From Catajapyx aquilonaris (lineage: Eukaryota), in NCBI GenBank assembly GCA_000934665.2, contig KZ538499.1, positions 1 through 64,000 of the forward strand: a stretch of 64,000 nucleotides of DNA. Reading direction: 5' to 3'. The position numbers and the translations under genes are program-made. A model generated the notes under the pieces. That model saw only the letters and a list, made by a program, of their open reading frames with translations. It searched no databases and was not told where the DNA came from. The stretch's first letter is position 1. Every line of letters begins with the position of its first letter. Below are positions 41,196-56,230 of this stretch, piece by piece.

Positions 41196-44100
41196 GTGAG
41201 TAACATGGAACCAGCTGGGTGTATTTTTAGATAGAAAAAAATATATATACTGGGTTCTCCCAAAAAAATGTGAGGACGACAGTCTCAGTCTGCGTCGAAG
41301 TTCACAGCAGTATGGTAAGTACCAGGTACTTATTGCATCAAGTTGACAACATTTTGGTACGAATTTTGCATCAGTATGACCATGACTGTAAAGTACACAC
41401 AAAATGTGATATCCAATATTATTGCGCGGGACTGGTCTTTGCGGACACAGTAAATATGTTTCGGGTTAATTTTGTAAGGGCAATGTCCCCTACAGTGTTA
41501 TTGACGCTAGCAAATGGCGGTTTCCATGACCAGAAGGAACATACACACAGAAAATACCGCTAATGTAACAGCGTAGTTAAATATTCCGGACTATATAGTA
41601 GCGTGTAGATATTAGATTCGCCACTAGCAACCGCCACTATAGTGAGCAACAATACTTGGGATTGAAACATGTCCGCATACCTCGATACCTCTACCGTCTG
41701 CTTGGAATATATTTAGTAGTGTTCATTTATTATTTATTGGTTGTACGTATATTCATTTATCTTATTATTTATTAGTTGTAGGTATATTCATTTATCTTTT
41801 TTTAAGCAGTAGCTATAGTTGATTCATTTTAGTAGTAGATATTATATTCATTTTTATTTATTAGTAGTAGATATTATATTCATTTATTATTCATTAGTTA
41901 TAGGTGTATTATTCATTTTTATTTATTAGCAATGTTATTCATCTATTAATATGTAATTATTTATTGGATTAATTTATTAGCATTACTTTTTTCCATATAA
42001 TGTATTATTAATATATTGAAATTATTTCTTTAAAACAAAGAAATAATTGGATAAATAATGGCGGAATTGTTTATTTTAAATAAGAAATAATTCCGAGTAG
42101 AAATAAATAATTGCTAATGTGTATGAATTATCAACTATCTGTTAATTTTAAGAATGACTTAATTATTCGTTAATTTTAAGAATGATTTAATTAGTAGCTA
42201 ATTTTAAGAATGATTTAATTAGTAGCTAATTTTAAGAATTATTTATTACTAGCATATCTTAACAATTATTACTTATTCGCATATTTTTAACAATATATTA
42301 TTACTTATTCGCATATTTTCACAATTATTGAGCATTTTTATTTTTAAAATTATTCGGAATTTTTATTTTTAGAATCATTCAGTATTTTTCTTTTTATTAT
42401 TATTTATTTTTGGAGCCGGACTTAAATTTTAGTGCAATTTATGTAGTTAGGACCGCGTGCTTTTAAAAACCACGTCATATGTTATTATGGCCAAGCATCA
42501 CGACTATTTTTGTCCGCATTATTTAAGCGCATTAATTACTCTCCCAGCACAAGCTCCAGGAAGTGCACTTATAGGCCTCTTCTATAGTTCAAGAAGCTAT
42601 ATTACTCTCCAGCCAACAGATTTTATAGCCTAAGCCTTCGACGCTTTAGAATATTGAATTTCCAATAGGCCCTAAACACAAGAAGGGTGTTAATGTTAAA
42701 GGTTACATCCAAGCAAAGATGGAGCCCATTTCCTTATAAGCCAACCCCAGCTATCTGCTGACAAAGTTTTCCTAATTGGGACGAAGCTAGAGGGGCCAAC
42801 AAAGTCTTCTTGTTTCCCAAAAGCAAAGAGGGCCCTTCCCATTATTATCAATTTTCCCATGTTTGCGCCTTCCCGGATTATTATCAGACGAGGTAACCAC
42901 ATCGTTGCAAAGCCAAACTTTACAGTGTTTCGCCAATATGCGGTTTTTTGCTTAGTTAACATATACACGTGGGGGTCAAGTCAGTGTCAATTATATGCAG
43001 CAAATTTGGCATAAACCTAGGGTAATTTGACATAAAGGGACTTTGCAATAATGCGGACCCACATGTACTGTACGAATGAACTGTTTTGAATAGAAAAAGT
43101 TCAAACGAACACGCACATCAGTGGTGCAGGCAAAGAGGATTTCGCGAAATAAGCCGTATTGTTTTGTACTGAAAAACACAGTTGCCATTGTAACCAAAAC
43201 CTGGACAAACAAACAAACATTGCCTTTTAATGTACATGTATAGTGTGAAAAGAGATAGATGGAGCACGGTACGTCTCATTTGCCTGATATAATTAGAGCT
43301 GGACCCTTATTGTGGGTTGTATATTCGACAACAATGATAATATTGTTGTCGAATACACAACCATTGTCCTGCAGCGCACAAAACGGACAATTATTTTGTC
43401 CGTCTTGTGCGCCGCAGGACAACGAACGCTATTGTGGCTTTGCTAATTTGACGTAGATGTTTTAATACACACTTTTATTCACGAGAGACTCAATATTAAC
43501 TTTTAAAGTGACAAAATATCTATTTAAAACATGAAAGCCATTTTTTGATCCTTTAGTTACGACCTGTCTGGCGAGAGTCCTCTGGCGGCGGAAACAGTCC
43601 TGGCGCAATCAAGCGATGAAAAATCCCCCCCAGGGGACAATCTAATACTGATGCTGCACAGTCTTGGAATCCGACCAAAATCGGAAAATTTGCATGCTTA
43701 TTGCCAGCGCAACTCCTCGATAAACAAAATTGGCAACAGCAATATGTGTACCGTACAACGATTGGACATGGTCCAAAAAGCTATGTCCATAGGATTTATA
43801 AAGCCCCTCTCTCTCTCTCTATAGCTGCTCTTGCCCGATCCAAACCGGCTCACGACCCTTTTTGTGGTGTGGAGGGGGCAAGCTGCCCTAAACGGTGCTT
43901 TTGCCAAAAGTTTGCGGTACATTTTGCAAATAAGCCGGTCTCAGCAGTATATGGTCCTTCCTAACATTGCTGACCTTCCAGCCAGTCACATTATCACCCA
44001 CACAGTCTGATGAGAGGGGTCAGGTTCGTTGCATCCACTAGTTTCATCATCTCAGCTCAGCTGGAGGTCGGTGGATGTAGTACCACCACCCCTCGCACAA

Positions 44101-45059
44101 TCCTGAGAGTGGCAGTAGCTCGTCATCGATGTGAGGGATATGGTACTACGTGGAGTAACAAAGCGAATTAAATACGGATATTTATGGTGTCAGGCCAAAA
44201 ATAACCCAATGTTCATTGTAATAATTATTTTAGTTATTAAGAATATTTTATTAGTTACCGGTATTAAGTATTTGTCATCATCAACAGTTATTAAGTATCT
44301 TTATTATTAGCTATTAAATATTTGTCACTGACAGTTATTAAATACTGTATTAGTTATTAATAGTATAATTGTATAATAGTATAACATATAATGTAATAAT
44401 AATATATTATGTGTAGTAATGATAATATTGTGTAATAATAATAAGTCATTATTATCGGTTATTAAGTGTTAGTTATTAGCGCACGACCGTGAGAGTGACA
44501 TTTATGCGAGGGATATGGTACTACATAGTCTTGGCAATAATGTGCTGCCTACACACCCGGAACCAAATCGAAACCAGTTAACAGACCAACCGATGGTCAT
44601 TGGACATCCCCAGATGGTTTCATCAACAGTTATACAACAACAGCTAAATACACCCACAGTTCAACTTGGTACATGACAGCTGTTTGGTTATATAGAGGCC
44701 TAGCTATCTGATGGTGGGGCTGATATCCAATCTCTAATTAAGTCAGGTCTTCAACAATGTTTTTTGTGTGTGCATGTGTCTGAGTGTAATATGCGCGCCT
44801 TTCACTCATTTGGAGCAGCACTGACAAGCTATTTTCCCCCCCACGAGCCAGCGTTATCCATATAGCTGGCCCGCCTATCATGCAAATGGGAATCAATATT
44901 ATAGATAGGCATGATGCACACACAGCCAAGGGCTATAAATCCCTTGGTGTTGGTGCAGTCATGTCAACCCAGCCAAACGATTGGTTCGACAGCATCTTGT
45001 GGTCTCATCAGACACTTCAATTACAATAGCTAATGATAAAGCAACCTACCTGTAAACTA

Positions 45060-45490
45060 ATAACTATAACAACAAATTAATGGCTAATAACAAAATATTA
45101 TAACTACTAAGAAAATATAACTAATACGAAATATTATAAGTAATAAGAAAATATAACTATTAAGAAATATTATAACTAATAAGAAATATTATAGCCTACA
45201 ATCCTACATACGAAAATATAGCATACATAATAAGATATAATTATTATTATACACAGTAAGAAATATTATAACTAATAAGACATATGATAACTAATAAGAA
45301 ATATTTTACATAAGAAAATATTAGAACCTACATAATAATGAAATATTATACATAATAACAAAATATGATAACTAATAAGTAATAACAAAATATGATAACT
45401 AATAAGTAATAACAAAATATGATAACTAATAAGTAATAACAAAATATGATAACTAATAAGTAATAACAAAATATGATAACTAATAACAAA
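45060..45490. repeat. 27-nt minisatellite
   Basis: Repeated aaaatatgataactaataagtaataac. Confidence 0.9.
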
Positions 45491-46309
45491 TGCCAGGTGA
45501 TAACCAATAGTTATGACTAATAATAATAATTGCGATGAAAATAGGGTTATTTTTCGACCTGACCCCACAAATATCATGTTATTTAATTCGCCTCGTTACA
45601 CCCGGGTCAAGTGAAGTCACCCTTGGTGATGTCATGCTCTCCATGCGATCATTATTCAATTAGCGTCCTAGCCTCCCCCCCGGAGTGTCGCTTTAATCCT
45701 GCTTAACTTTTAGTGGATGGTCGCAAGGAAATTGACCCCCTGTGGTAATCCGGTGTGACAAACACCTAAGGCAAATCTAGCGTAAAAAAAGAGAGAGAAA
45801 GAGGTGTGCGCAATGAGATGTGACGCCGAGAAGTGGTAGGGAAAACGAGTGGTATATATGATGGTATTCATGCTCTAGCTCTAGGAGAGAAGTTGGTGAG
45901 GCCGGCGGGCGGGCGGCTTTGATTAATCACGTGACTGGGTCGCTGTTATTTCAGCCCCTGTTCCGACTTATTAGCGCGAGTGGTGTCGAGCACAAAAGAC
46001 CGCGGCTGCCATGCCGGGAGGTCACAGAAAAATTAAGCGTGCGAAACTTTTGAGCTAGATCATTAACTCACTTTTGCGACACTCTCAGCACTTGTGGGTT
46101 TACGACAGGTGTACAACTACTGGCCAATCTCGTTATATTTAATCAAGGGTCGTCATCGTGTCACTGATGAATGGTTACGATGTGGGAAACCTGGATAAGA
46201 AACTAATACTGGATCATGTAATACAGCCTAACGTAATTAATACATTTAATTACAATTAATTAACACGAAATCTAATTTATTCATTAATCTATTTTTATTT
46301 AAGTGATAC

Positions 46310-46940
46310 TTTCAAAATTTATTTTAGTTTACTTCAAAATGTAATTAATAATTTGTTTTAAAATGTATTTTAGTTTTTTCAAAACGTAATTAATAATTTG
46401 TTTCAAAATGTAGTTTAGTTTTTTCAAAATGTAATTAATAATTTGTTTCAAAATGTATTTTAGTTTTTTCAAAACGTAATTAATAATTTGTTTCAAAATG
46501 TATTTTAGGTTTTTCAAAATGTATTTTAGGTTTTTCAAAACGTAATTAATAATTTGTTTCAAAATTTATTTTGGTTTATTTCAAAATGTAATTAATAATT
46601 CGTTTCAAAAATTAATTTAAATTATCTCAGTTAATTTCAGTTCTTATAATTCATTTAACGTGTCATTTATTTCAAACGTGATTTGTTTCAATACTTATTT
46701 AAATTAGTTTCAATTAATGTTTCAAAATTTAATTTAAAGTATCTCCGTTAATTGTAGTTCGAATAACTCATTTAACATGGAATTTATTTTAAATGTAAAT
46801 TTGTTTAAAAATTTATTTCAATCTGTTTCAATTAATTTATATTTCGAATTAATTTCAGATATAATTTGTTTCAAAATGTAATTAATATAGTTTAATTTAA
46901 TTTCGGATATAAATTGTTTCAAAATGTAATTAATATATTT
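46310..46940. repeat. AT-rich minisatellite
   Basis: Alternating tttcaaaatgtaattaataatttg and tttcaaaatgtattttagttt units. Confidence 0.9.
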
Positions 46941-47749
46941 CAAAATTAAGTACTAATGTAGCCTAATTTATTAAATAATATAAATACCGGTATCTTTAAA
47001 ATGTAACATAATTGTGATTAAAACAAGCTGATTAATGCGAAAGTGGCTAATTACCACATGCAGTTAATTTCTATTAATTTACTGGAGAGAAAAGGATGAA
47101 GGGGTTCTCTTGCGCATGTTACTGCGCAGGCACCCTACTGCGCACCCCTATTACGCATGTTTCTGCGCACGCTTCTGCGCATGAACGGACTTCTTGCCCA
47201 GACTCCCACATATTAAGCCTCCTGGTGAATGGCCCCTAAATTATTATTTGTCTCGAGCCCTGATTGGCTGCCACGGACTAATCAGAGTGTCTGACCCCCG
47301 AATTGCACAGTAGTTCTCCAAAGAGGAAATCAAGTACTGTACATAAGTCCCGGAGGCTCTCCTTTTTTATGTGTGTATGTGTGCAAGACCTCCGCACTTC
47401 TTTAATACATTCTTTTTTTTTTTTGCGCAAGTTCCTGGCGCACCTGTTGCTCAGAAAACGTGATAAGCTAGCTCTGTGAAGCCTGAAGCCATCAAGGTTC
47501 ACTGCCCACTTCTACCAGCGCCTGACACGGGCTTCTTCTTCTCTCTTGTGGGCACCGGCATTGCTCCACGTCCTACATCCGCAACTATTCTAATAACCAT
47601 GTGCATATGCTGGAAAAAAAAATAAGGAAAAGAAAATAAGGTGATTCACTCCTAAGACAAGTCGATTTCTGAAATGCGGATTTTTTTTTTTGCAAATTCT
47701 TTCAATTGGGCAGCATGTTTAAAAATAAATTAGCTTCTCTGCTAATACA

Positions 47750-48580
47750 GTAGGCTATTATTAGATATCGTAGATGCATTATATTAGATATTAGCTGAAT
47801 TATTATACATTTGCTATATTACATATTTATAGGTGGCTTACGAACTTTCAGCTATTGAATTGGCCTTCGAGTTGTAGCTACAGTCATTATTAGATAATAC
47901 CAGATATATTATTAGATATCCCAATATTAGATGTATTATTAGATATCCCAATATTAGATATATTATTAGATATCCCAATATTAGATATATTATTAGATAT
48001 ATTATTAGCTATATCAGAAATGTTTTAGATATCTGATAGGCCTATATTATTAGATATCCTAATATCTGATATATTATTAGATATCCTATTATTGGATATA
48101 TTATTAGACATTCTATTATTGGATATATTATTAGATATATCATATAATATGTTCTAGATATCTGATATATTATTAGATGTCTCCTATATATTAGATGTAT
48201 TATATAATTAAATATCATATATTAGATATACTGTAGGCCCTACTAGTATATTATCGGATAATATTATCGCAAAAATATTTTTAAACCTACCAGTGTAAAC
48301 GACTCAAATTTGCGTACTATTGGCTACATTATATAAAGAGATATCCAGAGATATCACCATGTAACTTATTATTATACAGTAGGCTACATCAGCTACGGTA
48401 TATTATATATTATTATCTGGATTTCAGGTAGTAGCTACAGTATATTATAAATATTTTAGATACGTAATATTGCAAAAAAAATATTTTAAATCCACCAGTG
48501 TATAGACTGTCCAAATATGCGTCGCAATTAGATATATTATTAGATATCGTACTAAATCAGCTACATTATATTATTAGATA
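47750..48580. repeat. AT-rich minisatellite
   Basis: Repeated atatattattagatat(cc). Confidence 0.9.
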
Positions 48581-49407
48581 ATGTAATTTTTGAAGAAGAA
48601 AAAAAATGGACTCGTGTGAGTGGTCCAAATATGCGTCGTGATTTAGCGAAGGCGGCGCCCCAGGTTTGTCTATTCCAGACCTGGCAATTCATCAGGTTGC
48701 TAGGGGAGGTTGATGGGGCAAGTTTCAAGGCGGGTGGGTATAGGGGGGAAGAGCATGTCGAAAAACAAGGGGGGGGCCATGACCGACTAGTTTCTTCTTT
48801 TTAAAAGGCTCTGGAACCACATTCCAGAGCATCCCTTTTGGATAAGTCCATTTTGTGACAGTGTGAAGCAAAAAAAAAGTATTGTGAGCAAAAATAGCGT
48901 GAAGGTCATTTAAAAAAATGGGGCGGTTTTGACATGAAAATTATTCATATCGCAGAGCAAGGTCGCCAAGGAGAAAGTGATATACGCAATTTTGCATGTG
49001 AGCATTCTTCATTTGTTGCGAAAAAAAACTAGTTGCAAGGCCAAGTTCAAGCTTGACCCTTGACCACCTGCATCGCGTTTTATTGTTATGTTCTTGGAGG
49101 TATTACGCCAAAAATGTGCGAATTTTTTTGGCGAACTTTGCTGGCAGAAAATGAACGTCCATCCCGTGAAAGCTCCCTCTGCTTACACTCCTCTTTGTGC
49201 AATTGTCCAGGCCAAATTGAGGGTAACTGATGCGCAAAAATTGGAGTAAATGAGTCCATTATTTAGGCAACAATACGAAGTTAATTAGACCCGAACGCAA
49301 CGTTGGTTTAATTACGATGCCAAAATTGCAGTGATTAATCGATATAAATATTTTATAAGTATCGCGGGTCGAGAATAACTGCTTAAAATAACTGTTACAT
49401 CGAAGCA

Positions 49408-49492
49408 GGTTGGTGTGGTGGTTAATAAGGAGCCCGAATGCTAATCGGAAGGTCCTGGGTTCGAATCCCGGGGCCGGCAACCCTGACCGTGG
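49408..49492 (+). mobile_element. tRNA-derived SINE head (family of 25430-25604)
   Basis: taatcggaaggtcctgGGTTCGAATCCcggggccggcaaccctgaccgtgg closely matches the minus-strand copy at ~25527-25580. Confidence 0.7.
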
Positions 49493-49499
49493 TAGCAAA

Positions 49500-50090
49500 T
49501 AAAAAATAACTGTTGCAAACTGGCGATTTAAAGCAGTTACCGGTAGCCTACTTTACAACTCCTATAACAGTTATAAAATGCTAAACAACCGCTTCAGTAA
49601 AATAATAACCGTGAGTATAATAATAAATGTTTAAAACAACTGCTTCTCTCTCAAATAACCATTAGATTAACAGGCTATTTGAATCTGTTACTTTTTGAAC
49701 TTCTAACAGTTGTAAAATATTAGATACCCAGCTTAAAATAATAAGTGTGAGTAATAACTGCTTAGACAACCACGCTCTTAACTGGTTACTTAAATGTTAC
49801 TTTTGAACTTCTAACAGTTGTAAAATATTAGATACCCAGCTTAAAATAATACGTAACTTTGAGTAATAACTGCTTAGATAACCACGCTCGTAACTGGTTA
49901 TTTAAATCCGTTACTTTGGAACATCTAACAGTTATGAATTAGCCTACTGGGGCAGATGCTTAAAAGAATAACTTTGAGTAATAACTGCTTAAAACATCTG
50001 CCTCGAATAGCCAAGTTATTAACTGGCCCTTGCTTTAGAACAACTGATAACAGTTATAAAATATTACATAACTGGTTAAACAACTTCTCC
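49500..50090. repeat. ~115-125-nt tandem repeat
   Basis: Duplicated gttactttttgaacttctaacagttgtaaaatattagatacccagcttaaaataat. Confidence 0.85.
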
Positions 50091-50982
50091 AAATAACCAC
50101 GTCAGCAACTGATAAATGAGTTGCTTCAGAGAGTGACGCAGTCAGGGTTCCAGTTCGGGCGGGGAGGAGGCCCGCCGCAGGCGGAGATCTTTTGGGGTTC
50201 AAGGTCACACTTTTTCCAAAATAAAATCCTGAATTAGTAATTTGAAGACAATTTTTTGAAAACATCATTTTTTGAAAACATCATTTTAAAAAACCATCAA
50301 GAGTTTGGGGGGGGGGGGGAACTGGCACCCCCCCCCCCCCCTGGCTACGTCACTGGCTTCAGAACTTCTAACTGTTATGAAATATTGGATAACTTCTTAA
50401 AACAACACGGCTGTGTAGAGCACCCTGGTGGGCTTTGTCCGTGCTGTGACTCATCACCAACGTGCATGTAGTACTATACTTTCCCCCTGAGAGAGTCAAC
50501 TGGTAGTGGCATACGTCTAAGTGAAATGGTGGACCAAGCAGTATTGCCAAAATGTGGCAACGAGTTATAGCTCTATTTATATTCCCCCCCAAAAATACCA
50601 ATAGTTTGACCTGTAATAAACCTACAAGTGACCTCCAGCAAAAAAGGTCATATGATTCATCCCCCCAGGAAGCACTTTCATCCCAAAGGATGTGCCATAC
50701 AGCCAGAGATCGAAAAGAGGGGTGGAGGCGTGATATGCAGTTACCTGGCCGTCTCGCAAAAAAAAACCAGTTGGCAACCCTGAAAATCAGCCGTCCCTTG
50801 CAAAAATCTCCCCCACCACCACCACCACCTACCACCATCCCTTCCTCAACATCCTCTAGTTGTGCCCACGAGGCCAGTCAGTTGCAACCTTTTCTCTGGA
50901 GAGGTTCGGCATCTTTTTTCGGCTCTTATTTTTTGAAGAGTGTGTTTTTTTTGTGTCAACAATCGGATGACGCGTGACAACA

Positions 50983-51066
50983 ATGCGGTACGAAGTGAGC
51001 GGATTTAGAGCCGCTGGATTGGTCCAGGACAAGGGGAAGGTGAACAAGCCATTCATTGTCACGCAG
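50983..51066 (+). CDS. Candidate first coding exon of the PH-domain gene
   Basis: acaATG start; MRYEVSGFRAAGLVQDKGKVNKPFIVTQ then CAG|GTAAAT, phase 0, in frame with 60189. Confidence 0.5.
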
Positions 51067-51698
51067 GTAAATATATTATTGGGCCGAAGATAACAAAGAA
51101 AAGATGAGGGGCGACGAAACCGGATTCTGAGGGTGTCAGTGCCCTCGTTTTTTGGGGGCGCATCACTTGCATAACAATATTATTAGGGATGCAACAATAC
51201 GGTGTGTGAAGTGCAACAATAGTTGAGACACCAACCGGAATTATTTACAACACCATGACATATCAAGTTTTATATTTAAAAAAAAAACTGGACAATGAAC
51301 TGTGCCTTCTTCCGTGTGTCATTGTTGAGCTTCAATTTGGGGGCGAAAGTACAGGGGGAGCAATAAAAAGAAGCTTTCCCACACATTATTTTTGTATACG
51401 CGTCTCTTGAATGCTGGGAAAATGCCGGACATTGCTATGTGGGTATAATTATGTCAGGTTGTATTTTTATACCGGTCGAGCCTTTCACATCTAGTTTATT
51501 ACACTGGGTGTACTGCTCTAGCTGTTTACAGAAAATGAAATGTCTGTGCCTCTGTTTGTCCGCGGTGAGTCATATACCTTGGCAACGTCGCAAACGTCGG
51601 CCATTTTGTTCCTTACCCAAGCGTAGCGTTGGAAATAAGTGCGTCGCTTATTAAATATCGCAGTATTTACATACATATTTAGCGTATGTATTTATATA

Positions 51699-52019
51699 CA
51701 CTGTACTCCCGATTATCCGGGCTAATGGATGCACGGATGTCGCCGGATAACCGGAAAACACGGGTAATAGCAAAAAGGTCCTATAGATACCGTAAAATGA
51801 GCCATTGACAGGTTTTTAATGAACGTCTGTACATGCTGCATTCTGCTTTAAATTAAGATTTAATCAAAATTATAAAAAAATATTTCGTTGATTTTTAGTT
51901 TGTCTTCTGAAAAAAGTCTGCTATAAAAATATTCATTTGTTTGCGAGAATTTTTTCGAACTTGTATTTGTTTATAGCCATGCACGGATAATCCTCACCCG
52001 GATAATCGGGAGTACAGTG
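51699..52019. mobile_element. Tc1/mariner/pogo-type MITE, TA TSD
   Basis: TA|cactgtactcccgattatccggg ... cccggataatcgggagtacagtg|TA. Confidence 0.85.
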
Positions 52020-52099
52020 TATTTATATATTTTATTTTAATGTATTTATACTTATCTTTTAGAATATATTCATATATACGAGTATTTATATTTTATATT

Positions 52100-52520
52100 C
52101 CGTATATTTTATACCATATTTTCATTTTCAAATTTCATCCATTTTTATATTTATATTTTTTAAATTTCATCCATTTTTATATATATATTTTTTAAATTTC
52201 ATCCATTTTTATATTTATATTTTTTTTAAATTTCATCTAATTCTATATTTAAATTTTTTTAAATTTTATCTAATTCTATATTTATACTTTTTAAATTTCA
52301 TGTAATTCTATAATTTATATTTACTGTATATTTATATTTTTAAATTTCATCTATATTTATATTTACCTTATATTTATATTTACCTTATATTTATATTTAC
52401 CTTATATTTATATTTACCTTATATTTATATGTACCTTATATTTATATTTACCGTATATTTATATTTACCGTATATTTATATTTACCGTATATTTATATTT
52501 ACCGTATATTTATATTTTTA
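52100..52520. repeat. AT-rich minisatellites (~30-nt and 17-nt units)
   Basis: aaatttcatccatttttatatttatatttttt repeats, then tatatttatatttacc(t/g) repeats. Confidence 0.9.
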
Positions 52521-53623
52521 AAATACTATTTATAGCATTACCGCAGTACACTCACTATACCAGATACTATTGATAATTCCAACCCTGCAAGCTGCGCGAA
52601 CTGTGGTGCGCACTCGGTTGGACAGTTTTTGGCCAGTGTTTTTTTTTTTTATTGCGAGTGCAAAATGTGGCCAGTATAGCAAAGGGTGCGTATCAAATCG
52701 CTCTCACGATTGAATCACATGAGCAATGCCGCTTTCTCCTCGACATTTTGAGACCTAAAGACGTGCAATAGAAAAAGAGACTATTCCTCTTAAATAGACC
52801 CTCTCATCTATAAAATTGGGAGGAGTTTCCGCTCTGTTTCCGCGGGACCCGAAATTAGGTTTACAGAGAGTTCTCATTACCATAGTGTACATATCGTACT
52901 ACTCATGTAATCTGACACCTCAGACAATATATTGTCTGCCATTTTGATCCAATTGTCCGCCATCTTAGTTCGCCTTAATTTCAACATATGAATGAAAAAC
53001 TTTCGTCTAATTACTCCCCACTTGTTAATATTCGGTTCACCGACCTCAGACCAAGAATGTTCCCATCCAAAATGGCGGATATTTGCATATCATTAAAAGT
53101 ACATGGATTTCGCCAAATTCTTTTTTTGAATATTCCAACCGAGCAGATTTTGTTGACATGTTACATAATGACTGCGGGGGGGTTTTGGATTGTAATTATA
53201 TTGTTGGCCTCCAGAGACTTAATATAGAGCTCCTGGATTCCTTTGCGAATACCATCGATCGCAAAATTGCATTTCTGCGAGGGATAATTATCTAGGAGGA
53301 TTATTACGTACCTCGCGAGAGCCATTTTTTTTGCATACTATTCAAATATAGTGATTTTGATATCCATAATTTTTTTTAAAACAAAAATATGTGCGTTTTC
53401 CGCATCGTACGCAACCGGTAGTTGATACCGTAATTTTTTTTGAGAACAATCCGTTCATTTTCGCGATTTTTTTGGACGAACCGTAGGGGGGAAGTACTCG
53501 CGGAATTTCAAAACGCAAAAATTGTTCCGCTCACTTGCCACGTAATTATTACTACGCGGATCATTTTTTTTTCCTTACAAAAAGTCTCGAGGAAGTAACT
53601 TAAAAATTAATAATCGTGCACGA

Positions 53624-54027
53624 TCTATACGGTATATATAAAAGTTGAAGTTTGTTTGTCAGTTTCATATCCATTTCGTATCCATTTTGAACCCGTGCAA
53701 AGAACGGATTCCCTGCTAGTATTTTTCAAAAAATTTTGCACAATTATTTAATTTTTTAAAGTTTACTTCCCGGAGGTAAAATGGGTATTTTGACAAACAA
53801 ACTTCACCTTTTATATACACCGTATGTATATTTTGCAGTTTACAAATAAATCGGGTGTAGATGTGGCAAAAATTGCAGACATTGCGAATTTCACTATTAT
53901 TATTACACCGTACCTCAAGGATGTATGACTGCGAAATTTATGATGCACAATTAAGTTACTTCCCGGAGGCAAAATGGGCATGAAATTGACAAACAAACGA
54001 ACAAGTTTGACCTTTTATATATGTAGA
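53624..54027. mobile_element. Cluster of Helitron-like fragments
   Basis: 53624-53719: A|TC..tatataaaag..gtttgtttgtc..cccgtgcaaagaacgg..CTAG|T. Two inverted 5'-end copies at ~53761-53830 and ~53953-54027. Confidence 0.6.
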
Positions 54028-54618
54028 TTCTACGGTTTTTAGAATGGAGAAGTGGCAAAAGTTGCAGATTTTGCGAATTATTAGCAGAGTTATTATTACT
54101 GCCAGGGATGTATTACGATACGAATTTTTTTAACATATTGAGTCGACACTTGGCAGTAAGCAATATATTCGCGAATCTCGTTCAGTTCTGCAAATTTTGA
54201 CCTACCAGCTGTAATATTTTTTGCATAATTTTCGCTATTAAATTTTTAGATTGCGCATATTTCTGCCAACATTGCAGTCATATTCTTACAGATTAGAAAA
54301 CAACTTCTTTTTTTGCAAAAAAATACCATCAGGTCGATCCCCTTATTTCCTTGAAGGTGATTCCATCCAACCGCATTATATTTTCGCAAAAAAAATAACA
54401 AAATCTTGCCTATTTTTTATAGCTCTCTCTATACTGCCACCACCAATCCCATCACACAATCTGGAAGCACTGTGGTGTAAGTTAACTCCTTTGAAGGAGC
54501 ACTCATCTGGATCAATTCAGGTTAATGAGGAAGAGCTTTTGGAGAGAGAGAGGAATGTTTTTTTAAAGGGAAAAGTCAGTGTATAAATGATGCTGTGCTA
54601 ATGACTCAATCGGCAAAA

Positions 54619-54818
54619 TCTTATATATAGTTCAAGACAAATGTCTGTATGTTCCCGATGCAAATCAATACGGAGGCCTCCACATATGCCCCAGGGTGAT
54701 CATTAGGGGTAGTTTTTAACAGGGAAGGTTTTTAGCACATTTGATTTGACCTCTGACGTCATCCACGGCTGCAGGAGGTGCAAATGCAGAAAAGCAGCAA
54801 CGCCGGGGATCCTGCTAG
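54619..54818 (+). mobile_element. Non-autonomous Helitron
   Basis: A|TC start (tcttatatatag); 3' gcaacgccggggatcctgCTAG|T resembles the end of 13769-14071. Confidence 0.6.
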
Positions 54819-56034
54819 TTATTTATATGGAGGAAGTTCTAATAATTTGTGATGAGTCAATATTATATTGAACATTAGCATCAAGGTCAAATTTTCTTTG
54901 AAGGAAAAAAAGCTTCTCGTTTCATGATCCAGCTTTTTTTCTTCAGTCTCAAGGCAATATTTTCCACGCTTTGCAGTCCACGCACTCTTTCTTTTCAAGT
55001 TCATGAACTATGTTGAAGATGCCTTTCCGCATATAAGGCCCGTAAGCAGTCATGCAGCATGTAATTGCGATTTTATTATATTTTTTATGTACTCACTTTC
55101 TAAGATGGGATATATCACAAAAATTGCATTTTATTCAATTTATTTACAGTATAGTCCCCTATCGGTGCTTTAAAATCATGCTTCCTGTACCTTCTATTAT
55201 TCCATTGTTATCAGGCTAGTACTTAGCAGCTTGGCCTTCACGCCAATTGCCTCAGTGTGTAATTGAGCACGTTCAGCGATTTGGGCTCTTTTTTATTCTA
55301 CATTTTTGCCAGCGAAGTATCGATTTCTAGCGTAACTAGATTCTCGTAGTGAGGCGATAAAAAAACAGTTTTCAAGCTCTTTATAGCAGGGTAGTCAAGT
55401 GGTCCACATTTTCGCGGTCAGTTAAAATTCTCCACCTGCTACACTGTGCTACGCTTGGAGGACCAATCAGCAGCTTTCCAATAGGTCAAAATCATTGGGA
55501 TTACGAGCCTGAAGCATTAAGCTGAACCAAGTATTAAAAGATATTATTTTTCGCCTTTTAACGATAATATTAGAAAATATTTGTTTCGCTAATATAGCAA
55601 ATATTTGCGCATATTTGAATCTGCGAATCTTATAAAATGTGCCCTTTCTTGCAGATCCAAACTAATATTATCAGACAATACTTTTAATAACCGATTAAAG
55701 TTACTAATGAAATAGTTGGTGAAATATAGCCCATTAAAATAAACAGTTTCTGGAGATAACCGTCTAAATAACTGGATAAAATAACATTACAATTTAGTTT
55801 GTCGATAACTGTCTTAAATAACTGATAAAATAACCAATAAAGTAGCTGATGAAATAGCCCATTAAAGTAAACAGTTACTCGATGACCGTCTAAAATAACT
55901 GGGATAAAGTAACAATGAAATAACTGGATAGAGTAACATTAAAATAACTAGCAAATATAATATTATAAAACTTTTTAAATTTCGCTCAACTTAAAGATGA
56001 TTTTTTTGGTCATTTACGCAACCTACTTGTAATA

Positions 56035-56230
56035 CAGGGTGGTCCAAGTTCAAGTGTCGTTTTATAACGGCGATTAATAGCAGTGATTTTGCGATGACGT
56101 AGCAGCGACGCGTAAAATGTCCCACTTCGGCGCAATCGAAGTGGGCAATTTTACACGTCGCTGCTACGTCATCGTTAAGCGCTTCTATTAATCGCCGTTA
56201 TAAAGCGACACTTGAACTTGGACCACCCTG
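56035..56230. mobile_element. Tc1/mariner-type fold-back MITE, TA TSD
   Basis: TA|cagggtggtccaagttcaagtgtcg ... cgacacttgaacttggaccaccctg|TA; palindromic over nearly its whole length. Confidence 0.9.

Noticed and set aside
49408..49492. tRNA genes here and at ~25530-25604 and 31225-31310
   Set aside because: B-box present but no convincing cloverleaf; two copies share non-tRNA downstream sequence, so SINE heads fit better.
51535..51570. ATG..GCG|GTGAGT phase-0 mini-exon (MKCLCLCLSA)
   Set aside because: The same sequence occurs at ~3381-3410, so it is part of a dispersed repeat.
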